This document shows, piece after piece, positions 21,948-30,300 of a DNA stretch of 64,000 bases (its first letter is position 1; each line of letters starts with the position of its first letter). Source of the DNA: Candidatus Fraserbacteria bacterium (GTDB lineage: Bacteria; Bipolaricaulota; Bipolaricaulia; RBG-16-55-9; DRXL01); assembly GCA_947085185.1 (NCBI GenBank), contig CAMTVK010000002.1, positions 10,867 through 74,866 on the forward strand, in the 5' to 3' direction. The notes beneath the pieces were generated by a model. It saw only the letters and a list, made by a program, of their open reading frames with translations, had not been told where the DNA came from and ran no database searches. Made by a program: the position numbers and the translations under genes.

Positions 21948-22706
21948 ATGATCCTCAAAACTGTTGGTTTTATCTTACGCGCGATCAAGTTCCGCGAGAG
22001 CGACCTCATCCTCACTGTGCTCAGCAGAGATCATGGAAGAATTTCGCTCATCGCCAAGGCCGCCCGACGTACCGAGAGCAAATTCGGCGCCGCGCTCGAT
22101 CTGTTGACCCTCAGCGAGCTCGTCTTCTATGACACAGAGAATCTGAAATTATTAAAAGAAGCGAGCATCATCGAAGACTATCACGCCCTCAAAAGCGATT
22201 ATGATCGCCTGACGCTCGCCCTGCACACAGCGCATCTGATCAATCAGCTTGTCGAAGAGCACCATCCGGATCGAGCGGTCTTCGAGTTTCTACAAGATTT
22301 TTTAGAGCATTTAAGTTCTGTGAGAGATCTCAATCTTGCGGCCATAGCAGTGAAGCTCAAGTTCATGCGCGTGTTGGGGATCGCGCCGCGCCTGAGCAGT
22401 TGTGCGCGCTGCGGACACAAGCTCCGCTTGAGCCTTCCTGATTTGTCCAGCCGTAGGCTGGGCAAGACAAACAGTCCAGACGAAGTCTGGTTCTCCCCGC
22501 AGAGCGGGGGCTTGGTCTGTGGAGCTTGTCATCAAGCGGGCGACATCCGCCTCAGCCCGCGCTTGGCTCAGAGCCTGAAGATGATCCTCGGGATGAGATG
22601 GGATAGACTCAATCGCTTCGCGCTGGCACCAGACGAAACAGAACTGGCCAATGAAGCCCTCGATGAGTTCATCGGCTTCCATCTCAAGGCCCTGGCAAAG
22701 CGCTGA
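21948..22706 (+). CDS. recO: DNA repair protein RecO
   Basis: Typical N-terminal OB-fold start (G..LR..KF.ESD.I....). A C-terminal Cys4 motif, CARCGHK....CGAC, is present. Confidence 0.85.
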   Translation: MILKTVGFILRAIKFRESDLILTVLSRDHGRISLIAKAARRTESKFGAALDLLTLSELVFYDTENLKLLKEASIIEDYHALKSDYDRLTLALHTAHLINQLVEEHHPDRAVFEFLQDFLEHLSSVRDLNLAAIAVKLKFMRVLGIAPRLSSCARCGHKLRLSLPDLSSRRLGKTNSPDEVWFSPQSGGLVCGACHQAGDIRLSPRLAQSLKMILGMRWDRLNRFALAPDETELANEALDEFIGFHLKALAKR

Positions 22707-22709
22707 ATC

Positions 22710-22805
22710 TCACATACTCTCGAAGTAGCCCCCGATGCGAATCAACAGAATCGTGATCCCCACAGCGATCAGGAAATTCCCCAACGCGGTTAAGAGCTCC
22801 GGCAT
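22710..22805 (-). CDS. Unannotated 31-aa hydrophobic peptide (single TM helix)
   Basis: Translates as MPELLTALGNFLIAVGITILLIRIGGYFESM. A GGGGGTG Shine-Dalgarno sits 5 nt upstream. Upstream on the minus strand is TTGACA (22857-22862) - N18 - TATAGA (22833-22838). Confidence 0.45.
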   Translation of the reverse strand: MPELLTALGNFLIAVGITILLIRIGGYFESM

Positions 22806-22872
22806 ACGTTCACCCCCTGTCAAGATAGAGTATCTATAGCACAAAGAGCGCATCCCTGTCAAATGGCGAGGA

Positions 22873-22892
22873 GGGGGAACGAACGTTCCCCC
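22873..22892. promoter_or_regulatory. Perfect palindrome GGGGGAACG-AA-CGTTCCCCC (GAAC-N4-GTTC core)
   Basis: Arms of 9 bp. It lies between the divergent -35 hexamers at 22857-22862 (minus) and 22896-22901 (plus). Confidence 0.5.
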
Positions 22893-22957
22893 GATTTGAC
22901 AATCTTGGGCTTCCGTGTTAAAAGAATTATGATACCCTTGAAAACAAAGGAGGCTCT

Positions 22958-25900
22958 ATGCTCAAAAGAAGCGGCGCGGTCCTACTGGCGCTTTGCGTTA
23001 TAAGTAGTTTCTCTGTAGTGGCTCAGGAGTGGGAAAGCTGGCCTGGAACGAGAAGCTTTGACCATCCTAAGATCGCTAATATCTTGGAGGACCTAATCTC
23101 AAGCTCCCCAGCACAACGCCCTCTGGTCATAACGGATGCGCTGCGTCTGAAGCCCTCGGTGTACGACTTGCATCTTCAAGGGGATCGTGTCAGAGTCATT
23201 ATTGAAACTGAGTCAGAGAGAGCTATCAGCAAGATCGCAGCAGCCATCGAGCGCGTTGGGGGCCAGATCGAGCTGAGCTACGGCACTCAGATCCAAGCGT
23301 TCATGCCCTTAAAGAGTATCGAACAGATCGCGGATCTCCAAGAAGTGCAGTTTGTTCGGCTTCCCGTCCGCCCCCTCTTAGACCAAGGGACGACAGTCAG
23401 TGAAGGCCAGAGGCTCATCGGTGCGCCGGCGTGGCACAAGGAGGGCGTGAACGGCCAAGGGGTGAAAGTCGGGGTGATCGATCCCGGTCTTGATCGCTAT
23501 GAGCGGCTCTTAGGGCGAGAGCTTCCTCCACGCGAGCGGGTTACAGCCAAGTCCTTCCGTCGTGACGGGCGGATGGCAGACCCAGAGTTCCCTGAGCAGC
23601 ATGGCGTCGCGGTGAGCGAGGTCATCACGGATATTGCGCCGGGGATGAATCTCTATCTTGCAGCCTTTGAGACCGATCTCGAGTTTCGTCAGGCTGTCGA
23701 CTGGATGATCGACCAGAAAGTAGACGTGATCAATACCTCGTTGGGGTTTCCCTCAGGATGCTTTCGCGGCGCGGGATTGTTCGAGCCTCACATCAAGAAA
23801 GCCAAAGAAGCCGGGATCACTTGGGTGACGAGTGCAGGCAATCGCGGTAATGGTCACTGGGAAGGGAGCTTCACCGATACGAACACCAATAATCGCCATG
23901 AATTCTCTAGCTACGACGAGACCCTCACCCTGGAAGTAGAACTTGTCCCTCTGGAGATTCAGGGGCAGAAGGTCGCCGGGGTGCTTCTCGTATTCTTTCT
24001 CAGTTGGGATGCCCCTTGCAGTGGAGCTTCCGACGATTATGATCTCGCGATCTTTCCAGAGTCGGCCCCGGATGTTCGCATCCAAGGGGATTGGATGTGG
24101 CGCCGCGGGGTGCCGGTCAAGATCGCCGGAGGGCTCTTCTATACACGCAACCCAGCTGCAGCCGGACGCCGTGACTCCTTTGGCGTGGAGATCATCAAAA
24201 AGCGCTCTGGTGCTGCACCAGCTCGACTCGACCTCGTTGCTCAGGTCTGCATCATCTGTCATACTCTTGAATATCTCACCCCTCAGGGGAGTATCTCGAT
24301 CTTCGAGCCTGCCATCTCCCCCAACGCGATGAGCGTAGGAGCGTTCCATCATGCGCCAGATCGCTGCCCCAGAGATCTCTGCCCGGAGACGAATCTCTTA
24401 ATCTATAGCAGCCGCGGCCCAACAAAAGACGGCCGTGTAAAACCTGATATCACGGCTCCATCGCACGTCTCTACCGTCACCTACGGAAAGTACACAGGGG
24501 ACAGAAGGGATCAAAACCCTGGGTTTAACGGGACTTCGGCAGCGGCGCCGCACGCCGCGGGCGCCGCCGCGCTCGTCAAACAGATCTTCCCCAAGTTCAC
24601 ACCCCGGCAGATCCAAGAGTTTCTCGAGAGGCGCGCTGAAGACCGTGGCCCACGCGGCAAAGACAACGACTGGGGCGCTGGACAGCTCCTCCTTGGGGAA
24701 GTCATTATCATCCCCAACGCGCCAGCAGATTTAGTCGCCCTGGGGCGTGGCCCGCGCGAGATCGCGCTCTCCTGGAAGGACCAAGCCACCAACGAAGCGG
24801 GTTTTTCAGTGGAGCGGCGCTTCACCCTCGATCCCGACTTTGTCGAGATCGCTCGGCTCGGCCCCGATAGCACCGAATTCACCGATACGGCCGTCCTGCC
24901 AGAGACGGTCTATTGCTATCGCGTGCGGGCGTTTACGTCCTCAGGTCAGTCAGACTATTCCAATGAGTCGTGCGCTTCTGGCACCCCTGAGGCCAAACCG
25001 GCTGTCTATGAGTTCTCAGCTGAGATTCAATCGGGCGTCTTTGGGCGCATTGAGCTGCCCTCGGAGATTAAGAGCGCGCTTCCCGTGGGCGTGCGCTTCG
25101 TCGAAGAGCCCAATATCACGGTGGGCGAGCGCACAAGCCGCGCACTCAGCGATGTGAACTTACAGCTGTCGCCCAACACCGGCTCGATCTTTGGCCGCCC
25201 CATCGGCTCGGGAGAGTTTTCGTTCTTGATCGGGGTCTTCTCTAACGGACACAAGCTTGCACGCATCTGGGTGCTGCTTACTATAAAGCCCGCCCTCGCT
25301 CTGGCACGACGCGCTGCTCAAAGCCCACCAGAGATTCTCTTTATTGACTTTCCTGCACAGATTCGAGCTACAGGAAAGCCCGTGGTGGGCTTTGTCGGCT
25401 TCAAAGACCCCGACGGCGATCTGGCCAAAGCGAGTTTCGTTGTGGTCAGCGCGACGGACTTCCAGAGCTTCGAAGTCACACCGAACGTCAAGGGCCAAAC
25501 AGAAGGGGCATTCTCTTTTGAGATCGCGACGGCGATAGCGCAGCGCGTCACGCTCTCTGTGACGCTCACCGACGAAGCAGGCCAGACGAGCCCACCGAAA
25601 GAGTTCTCCTTCGAAGCTGTGCCGGTGCCGATCTTGCGCGTGACACCAGAAAGCTTGGAGGCAAAGGGCATGGCTGGCGTAGGCGAGCCTCCTCCTCAAG
25701 AGCTTGAGATTTCTAATAGCGGGAGCGGAACGCTCTTCTGGACGGCGCTCACCGATGCGTCGTGGCTGATGATCTCTCCCGATGCTGGGGAGCTCGCTGC
25801 CGGAGAGTCTACCCGACTGACGGTCAAAGCCGATACCACCGCTCTAGGGGCTGGGCGCTATCGTGCCCTGATTATGATCCGTGCTCCCGCAGCTGAAAAT

Positions 25901-26989
25901 AGCCCTCAATGGGTGCGCTTTCTGCTAGAGCTGACTCCTTCAGGAGGAACTCTGCTTTGGCAAGTCCCTGTCGGACCGACGGATTCTAGCCCTGCGCTGG
26001 GCCTCGATGGGACGATCTATCTCTTTGGGGGAGATCAATCGCTCTATGCGATCAGTTCTGATGGCCAGGTGCTCTGGACTTTTCGTGCAGGCAGAGCTTT
26101 TCTCTCAGCTTCGGTCGCGCTCTCAGACAAAACGATCTACTGTGGAGCAGATGACGGCAATCTCTATGCGCTCGCCCTCGACGGTAAGGAGAAATGGCGC
26201 TTTTCAGCGGGCTTGCCCATCCGAAGCAGCCCGGCGATCGGCCCCGATGGCACGATCTATCTCGGCTCCGGCAGCCAACCCCTAGAGAGTGCTAAAATCT
26301 ACGCGGTGCAGCCCGATGGAACTCTGAAAGGACGTCCCCTTGACGTCGAAGGGGGCGTCGTCTCTAGCCCGGCTCTCAGTAAGAATTTCCTCTATGTGGG
26401 CTCGCTCGACCGACGCGTCTACGCGGTGAACCTCGACGGGTTCTATCGTCAGTGGCGCTTCCGGGCCGGAGATTCTATCAGCAGCTCCCCGGCAGTTGGG
26501 GGCGATGGCACGATCTATATCGGCTCCGACGACGGCAATCTCTATGCGCTTGCCCCCGACGGTAAGGAGAAATGGCGCTTCAAAACCAACGACAGAGTCG
26601 TCTCGTCCCCAGCGATCGGCCCCGATGGCACGATTTATATCGGCTCGCTCGATGGACGACTCTATGCTGTCAAGCCCGATGGCCAAGAGAAATGGCGCTT
26701 TCACACCGAAGGGCCAATATATTCTTCGCCGGCGGTCGCTGCCGATGGAGTCGTGTACATCGGCTCTGACGATGGCTCTCTCTATGCCGTCACCCCCGAC
26801 GGCACGCAGCGTTGGCGCTTCAAGACCAATGGCGAAGTGCGCTCGTCCCCCGTGATTGGCCCCACTGGGACAATCTACGTCGCCTCACGAGATGGGACAC
26901 TCTATGCGATCCGGGGTGAAGCTGGCCCAGCCCAAAGCCCTTGGCCGATGTTCCGCGGCACCCCGCAGCGCACCGGGACAAAACCCTAA
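22958..26989 (+). CDS. Secreted multidomain subtilisin-like (S8) protease with FN3, Ig-like and BACON-like domains and a C-terminal PQQ/BamB-like beta-propeller
   Basis: Signal peptide MLKRSGAVLLALCVISSFSVVAQ. The catalytic residues are Asp175 (GVIDPG), His215 (HGVAVS), Asn295 (SAGNRGN) and Ser527 (GTSAAAPHAAG). An FN3-like segment spans aa 588-675. NTGSIFGRPIGSGEFSF is an Ig-type motif. Eight repeats of roughly 40 aa of the form GTIY.GS.DG.LYA..PDG.EKWRF follow. Confidence 0.85.
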   Translation: MLKRSGAVLLALCVISSFSVVAQEWESWPGTRSFDHPKIANILEDLISSSPAQRPLVITDALRLKPSVYDLHLQGDRVRVIIETESERAISKIAAAIERVGGQIELSYGTQIQAFMPLKSIEQIADLQEVQFVRLPVRPLLDQGTTVSEGQRLIGAPAWHKEGVNGQGVKVGVIDPGLDRYERLLGRELPPRERVTAKSFRRDGRMADPEFPEQHGVAVSEVITDIAPGMNLYLAAFETDLEFRQAVDWMIDQKVDVINTSLGFPSGCFRGAGLFEPHIKKAKEAGITWVTSAGNRGNGHWEGSFTDTNTNNRHEFSSYDETLTLEVELVPLEIQGQKVAGVLLVFFLSWDAPCSGASDDYDLAIFPESAPDVRIQGDWMWRRGVPVKIAGGLFYTRNPAAAGRRDSFGVEIIKKRSGAAPARLDLVAQVCIICHTLEYLTPQGSISIFEPAISPNAMSVGAFHHAPDRCPRDLCPETNLLIYSSRGPTKDGRVKPDITAPSHVSTVTYGKYTGDRRDQNPGFNGTSAAAPHAAGAAALVKQIFPKFTPRQIQEFLERRAEDRGPRGKDNDWGAGQLLLGEVIIIPNAPADLVALGRGPREIALSWKDQATNEAGFSVERRFTLDPDFVEIARLGPDSTEFTDTAVLPETVYCYRVRAFTSSGQSDYSNESCASGTPEAKPAVYEFSAEIQSGVFGRIELPSEIKSALPVGVRFVEEPNITVGERTSRALSDVNLQLSPNTGSIFGRPIGSGEFSFLIGVFSNGHKLARIWVLLTIKPALALARRAAQSPPEILFIDFPAQIRATGKPVVGFVGFKDPDGDLAKASFVVVSATDFQSFEVTPNVKGQTEGAFSFEIATAIAQRVTLSVTLTDEAGQTSPPKEFSFEAVPVPILRVTPESLEAKGMAGVGEPPPQELEISNSGSGTLFWTALTDASWLMISPDAGELAAGESTRLTVKADTTALGAGRYRALIMIRAPAAENSPQWVRFLLELTPSGGTLLWQVPVGPTDSSPALGLDGTIYLFGGDQSLYAISSDGQVLWTFRAGRAFLSASVALSDKTIYCGADDGNLYALALDGKEKWRFSAGLPIRSSPAIGPDGTIYLGSGSQPLESAKIYAVQPDGTLKGRPLDVEGGVVSSPALSKNFLYVGSLDRRVYAVNLDGFYRQWRFRAGDSISSSPAVGGDGTIYIGSDDGNLYALAPDGKEKWRFKTNDRVVSSPAIGPDGTIYIGSLDGRLYAVKPDGQEKWRFHTEGPIYSSPAVAADGVVYIGSDDGSLYAVTPDGTQRWRFKTNGEVRSSPVIGPTGTIYVASRDGTLYAIRGEAGPAQSPWPMFRGTPQRTGTKP
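25949..26917 (+). repeat. In-frame tandem ~120-nt repeats encoding beta-propeller blades
   Basis: GACGGCAATCTCTATGCGCT.GCCC.CGACGGTAAGGAGAAATGGCGCTT recurs almost verbatim near 26155-26210 and 26530-26585. More diverged copies lie around them. Confidence 0.8.
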
Positions 26990-26998
26990 AACTCTTAG

Positions 26999-27673
26999 TT
27001 ACTCCTTCTCGGTGCCGTTCATGTGCCGCGCGTCGAGCACCTTGATCTTGCGATCTTTTAAGTCCTTGACGATCGAGCGCCAGTCGTAGCTGTCTATCTT
27101 GATGACAAAAATCCCTGTGTCGGGCGTGGTGCGACACTCATCGCACGTGACGATGCTGCGCACGTTGACGTCGTGGTCGCGGATGACTTCAAGGACTTCA
27201 GCTAACGCTCCAGGGCGGTCCTCCAGTTCGAGAGTCAACCGCGTGCCCTTCTGATGAACCCCCAAAAGCTTCAAGAGCACTTCGAATATATCAGACTCTG
27301 TAATAATCCCCACAAGATGCCCCCCTTCGACCACCGGGAGCCCACCGACCTTGTGCTTCCGCATGAGCGAGGCCGCTCGCTCGATAGGATCATCCGGACT
27401 GACGGTGATCAAATCTTCGGCCTTGACCATGATCTGCTCCACAGTCGTGCGAGCTAAGAGATAATTTAACTCCCAGACGCTCAGGGTCGTAGCATCCGAG
27501 GGGCTCGCTTCTTGAATATCGCTCTTGGTGACGATCCCCATGAGCTTGCCTCGCTTGTTGACCACGGGCAGGCGCCGCACCTCGTGCTTCTTCATGAGCT
27601 CCCGGGCCTCAAAGATCGGGGTCTCCGGCGGAACTGTTATGACATCCGTGGTCATCCACATGCGCACAAACAT
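26999..27673 (-). CDS. CBS-pair plus ACT domain protein (AcuB-like)
   Basis: Two CBS repeats (HEVRRLPVVNKRGKLMGIVTKSDI and HKVGGLPVVEGGHLVGIITESDI), then an ACT-like LTLELEDRPGALAEVLEVI segment. Confidence 0.8.
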   Translation of the reverse strand: MFVRMWMTTDVITVPPETPIFEARELMKKHEVRRLPVVNKRGKLMGIVTKSDIQEASPSDATTLSVWELNYLLARTTVEQIMVKAEDLITVSPDDPIERAASLMRKHKVGGLPVVEGGHLVGIITESDIFEVLLKLLGVHQKGTRLTLELEDRPGALAEVLEVIRDHDVNVRSIVTCDECRTTPDTGIFVIKIDSYDWRSIVKDLKDRKIKVLDARHMNGTEKE

Positions 27674-27733
27674 CGTCTCGTCCTCCTTCTTGCGTGCTAG
27701 TATACCGTCTGGGTCTGGGGTCCGGCAATTGTG

Positions 27734-28468
27734 CTAGCGTAGGACTTTCGTATGAACCGGAAGCACGTCGGAGTTCAGATAATTGCGGAGCAAGCTCGAT
27801 GGCAGCCGCCACTCCTTGGGGACCACCCTGTGAGAGACGAGATGGGCCCGAGTGTAGACTTCTCCCTCAAAGAGCAAGCGCGCAACAAACGTCGCGCAGT
27901 TGAATCCCAAGAGACTGTAGGGGATCGCTTCGCCGTACCAGGCGCGTCGCCAGGGCTTGCTCAAGATGGGATCAGGCTCTAACTGCGAGATATAGTGCTC
28001 AACGAGCCGACGGATCCGAACAGCTTGCTCAGGATGCACCCGAATGATTAGGCGCACCTCAGGAGATGCTAAAAATTTCTCCAGCGTCATCCCGGGCTCA
28101 CGCAAGATATCCCACTCGATGATACTGCCCGGCTGTCGCACGAAGAGCAGACGCCCATAGTAGAGCAAGCGCTCCAGCCCTTGATACTGCTCGGGATTCA
28201 CATATTTTCTGCGATAGTGCTCTGCCGCGCCAAACGCATAGACTTTGATGCCGACAAACCTCCCGTGATCGTCGAATTCGTCCATCCCCAAAGCGACGTG
28301 CCAAAAGCCCCCAATGAGATAGAGATTGACCCCAGGCTCGTCGAACGCCGCTTGGACCCGAACAAAATAGAGATTGACCGACGAACTGAAGGTGATCACA
28401 AACAGCCCTGTTAATATCAGAATACGGCGCACCTGAAGCTTCCGTCGCGAGAAGATCTTGCGATGCAT
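27734..28468 (-). CDS. Membrane-anchored hypothetical protein with an LRAT/NlpC-P60-like His...NCxxFV motif
   Basis: N-terminal TM segment ILILTGLFVITFSSSV. GGFWHVALG and LLGFNCATFVARLL resemble the catalytic His and Cys motifs of LRAT/DUF4105-type proteins. Confidence 0.35.
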   Translation of the reverse strand: MHRKIFSRRKLQVRRILILTGLFVITFSSSVNLYFVRVQAAFDEPGVNLYLIGGFWHVALGMDEFDDHGRFVGIKVYAFGAAEHYRRKYVNPEQYQGLERLLYYGRLLFVRQPGSIIEWDILREPGMTLEKFLASPEVRLIIRVHPEQAVRIRRLVEHYISQLEPDPILSKPWRRAWYGEAIPYSLLGFNCATFVARLLFEGEVYTRAHLVSHRVVPKEWRLPSSLLRNYLNSDVLPVHTKVLR

Positions 28469-28552
28469 AGCTTTATATTATATATAACGAAGAGAGCGCC
28501 TCCCTGCAAGAGGGGTTGCACGGAGCTTAGGCAGTTGCTTAAATACATAACG

Positions 28553-29383
28553 ATGGATGCACGATGGTGGGTATGGGTTGGCCTAGCGGTCTTCGCGGGG
28601 GTGCTCGGCTATATCTGGCTGAGCAACCCAAACTTTGCACAGCTTGAGCCCGCTGTGCTCTCGCTTGAGAACATAGCAGCAAGCCGGATGACGCTGGCTC
28701 GCACGCCCGCCGGCCAGCTCGAATACCGCCAAGTTCCCATCAAGCTCCCCTTGTACTTCCGAGAGAGATCTCATGAGTTCAGCTATGTTCTGCAAGGGCG
28801 CGCGGTGGGGTTCCTCAAGAATCAAGATATAGAAGTGCAGCGAGATTCTCTGTTGATCATCCCCAGGCGAACGGCGCTGGGATTGCGCGTCACCAGCACC
28901 GAATCTCTGGAAATTTTGAGCTTCTATGCCCCTGCCCCCGACGCCCTCGATGAAGTGCAGGTCTTCATCGGCGATACTCTTCCCCCGGGAGATCCCTCGT
29001 CACTGCAACCTCACCCCTTGCCCACCGCTGGGTCCGATATACATCACCAAGTATTGAATCTCGCGACGTTGGAGAACAAAGAACTCCCCAAAGGAAACTC
29101 CGCATTCGAGTGGACGTACCTTGCCAAGAGCGCTGTAGGATCTGTCGCCCTGGTGCGCGTCGCGGAGCGCGTCGCTCTCAGAGAGCGCTCCGTACACTTT
29201 CTGTATATCCGTCAGGGGCAAGCCCGCATCGCCATCGGCGAAAAGATTTTAGAAGCAACCGCAAACCATGTGGTGATCCTGCCCAACGCGGCGACTCGGG
29301 TCATTGAGCGCGTCGGCACGGAGCGCTTAGAATTTCTGCTCTTTTCTGCCCCGACGCTCCGCGAAAAAGACCTGCTCCCCTAG
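28553..29383 (+). CDS. Membrane-anchored hypothetical protein, possibly a bicupin
   Basis: The start chosen is MDARWWVWVGLAVFAGVLGYIWL (a TM segment). There are two roughly 110-aa halves, each with cupin-like beta-rich sequence. No catalytic motif was recognised. Confidence 0.35.
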   Translation: MDARWWVWVGLAVFAGVLGYIWLSNPNFAQLEPAVLSLENIAASRMTLARTPAGQLEYRQVPIKLPLYFRERSHEFSYVLQGRAVGFLKNQDIEVQRDSLLIIPRRTALGLRVTSTESLEILSFYAPAPDALDEVQVFIGDTLPPGDPSSLQPHPLPTAGSDIHHQVLNLATLENKELPKGNSAFEWTYLAKSAVGSVALVRVAERVALRERSVHFLYIRQGQARIAIGEKILEATANHVVILPNAATRVIERVGTERLEFLLFSAPTLREKDLLP

Positions 29384-30288
29384 GCCAGCCCTCGGACCTT
29401 CTTCAGATAGAGCAATATACCCTGGACATTCATCTCGATCTCGCCACGGAGAAGGGGTTCTGGGTAGTGCTCTTTGAGCAGGGGCATCTCTTTCTGCACA
29501 AAGTATTCTTTCACGGCGTGATCGTCGCCGAGGGTCTTCTTGGCGTGTTCGACCTCGCTCACCCAGCTCCGCAACATCGCAGCGTATTGGTCGAGCAAGC
29601 TCATATCTGAATGTGCGCCCCAGTGGGTGTAGAGCAAGAGTGTGGGCTGGAGGGCTTTCAAGCGGGCGAGCGTCTCTAAGCTGTGCTCCAAGTGGAACGC
29701 CGGAGGCGGAGTCGTCAAGAGCAAGCCTGCCCCCCAAGGCCGGTAGATCCCTGCAGCGTCGGCCGTAAAGAGCCCGCCCAGCTTGCGCTCATAAAAACAG
29801 ACTTGATGGGGCGCGTGCCCCGGGGCAGCGATCACTTCGATCTCGTGCCCATCTCCTAAGTGAAAGGCTTCGCCGCCTCGCACCGCAAGGACGCGCTCTT
29901 GAGGGGTAGGCTGCAGCGTCCCATAGAACGGAAACATCGGGCCGACCGCGCGCTGCACGCTCTCTAAGAGCTTTGTTGGGTCTATTAAGTGTGGCGCCCC
30001 CTGCGCATGTACGATGACTTTAGCGTTGGGGCAAGCTTCAGCCAAGTGTCCCGTGCCCCCAGCGTGATCGAGATGGACATGCGTGGGCATAATATATGCG
30101 ACGTCGTGGGGGCGTATCTTGAGCTCATCGAGGGCTTGCATGGTCTTCTCGAAAGTATGCGAAAAACCTGTCTCAATGATCGCAGGTTGAGGGGCATTGA
30201 GAATATAGAGTGCGCCGTAGCGCTCCAACCCCAGCATCCCCGTGTCGAGAATATAGAGATCGTTTGCGACTCTTTCTGTGAGCGCCAT
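29380..30288 (-). CDS. MBL-fold metallo-hydrolase
   Basis: MPTHVHLDHAGGTGH motif with a downstream APGHAPH. Confidence 0.8.
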   Translation of the reverse strand: MALTERVANDLYILDTGMLGLERYGALYILNAPQPAIIETGFSHTFEKTMQALDELKIRPHDVAYIMPTHVHLDHAGGTGHLAEACPNAKVIVHAQGAPHLIDPTKLLESVQRAVGPMFPFYGTLQPTPQERVLAVRGGEAFHLGDGHEIEVIAAPGHAPHQVCFYERKLGGLFTADAAGIYRPWGAGLLLTTPPPAFHLEHSLETLARLKALQPTLLLYTHWGAHSDMSLLDQYAAMLRSWVSEVEHAKKTLGDDHAVKEYFVQKEMPLLKEHYPEPLLRGEIEMNVQGILLYLKKVRGLA

Positions 30289-30300
30289 ACCCCTAGAGTG

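Noticed and set aside
25949-26917. Tandem ~120-nt DNA repeats that could be mistaken for a repeat array or CRISPR-like structure
   Set aside because: The repeats are in frame within a long ORF and encode ~40-aa beta-propeller blades (GTIYIGSDDGNLYA..PDGKEKWRF). There are no unique spacers of constant length and no cas genes.
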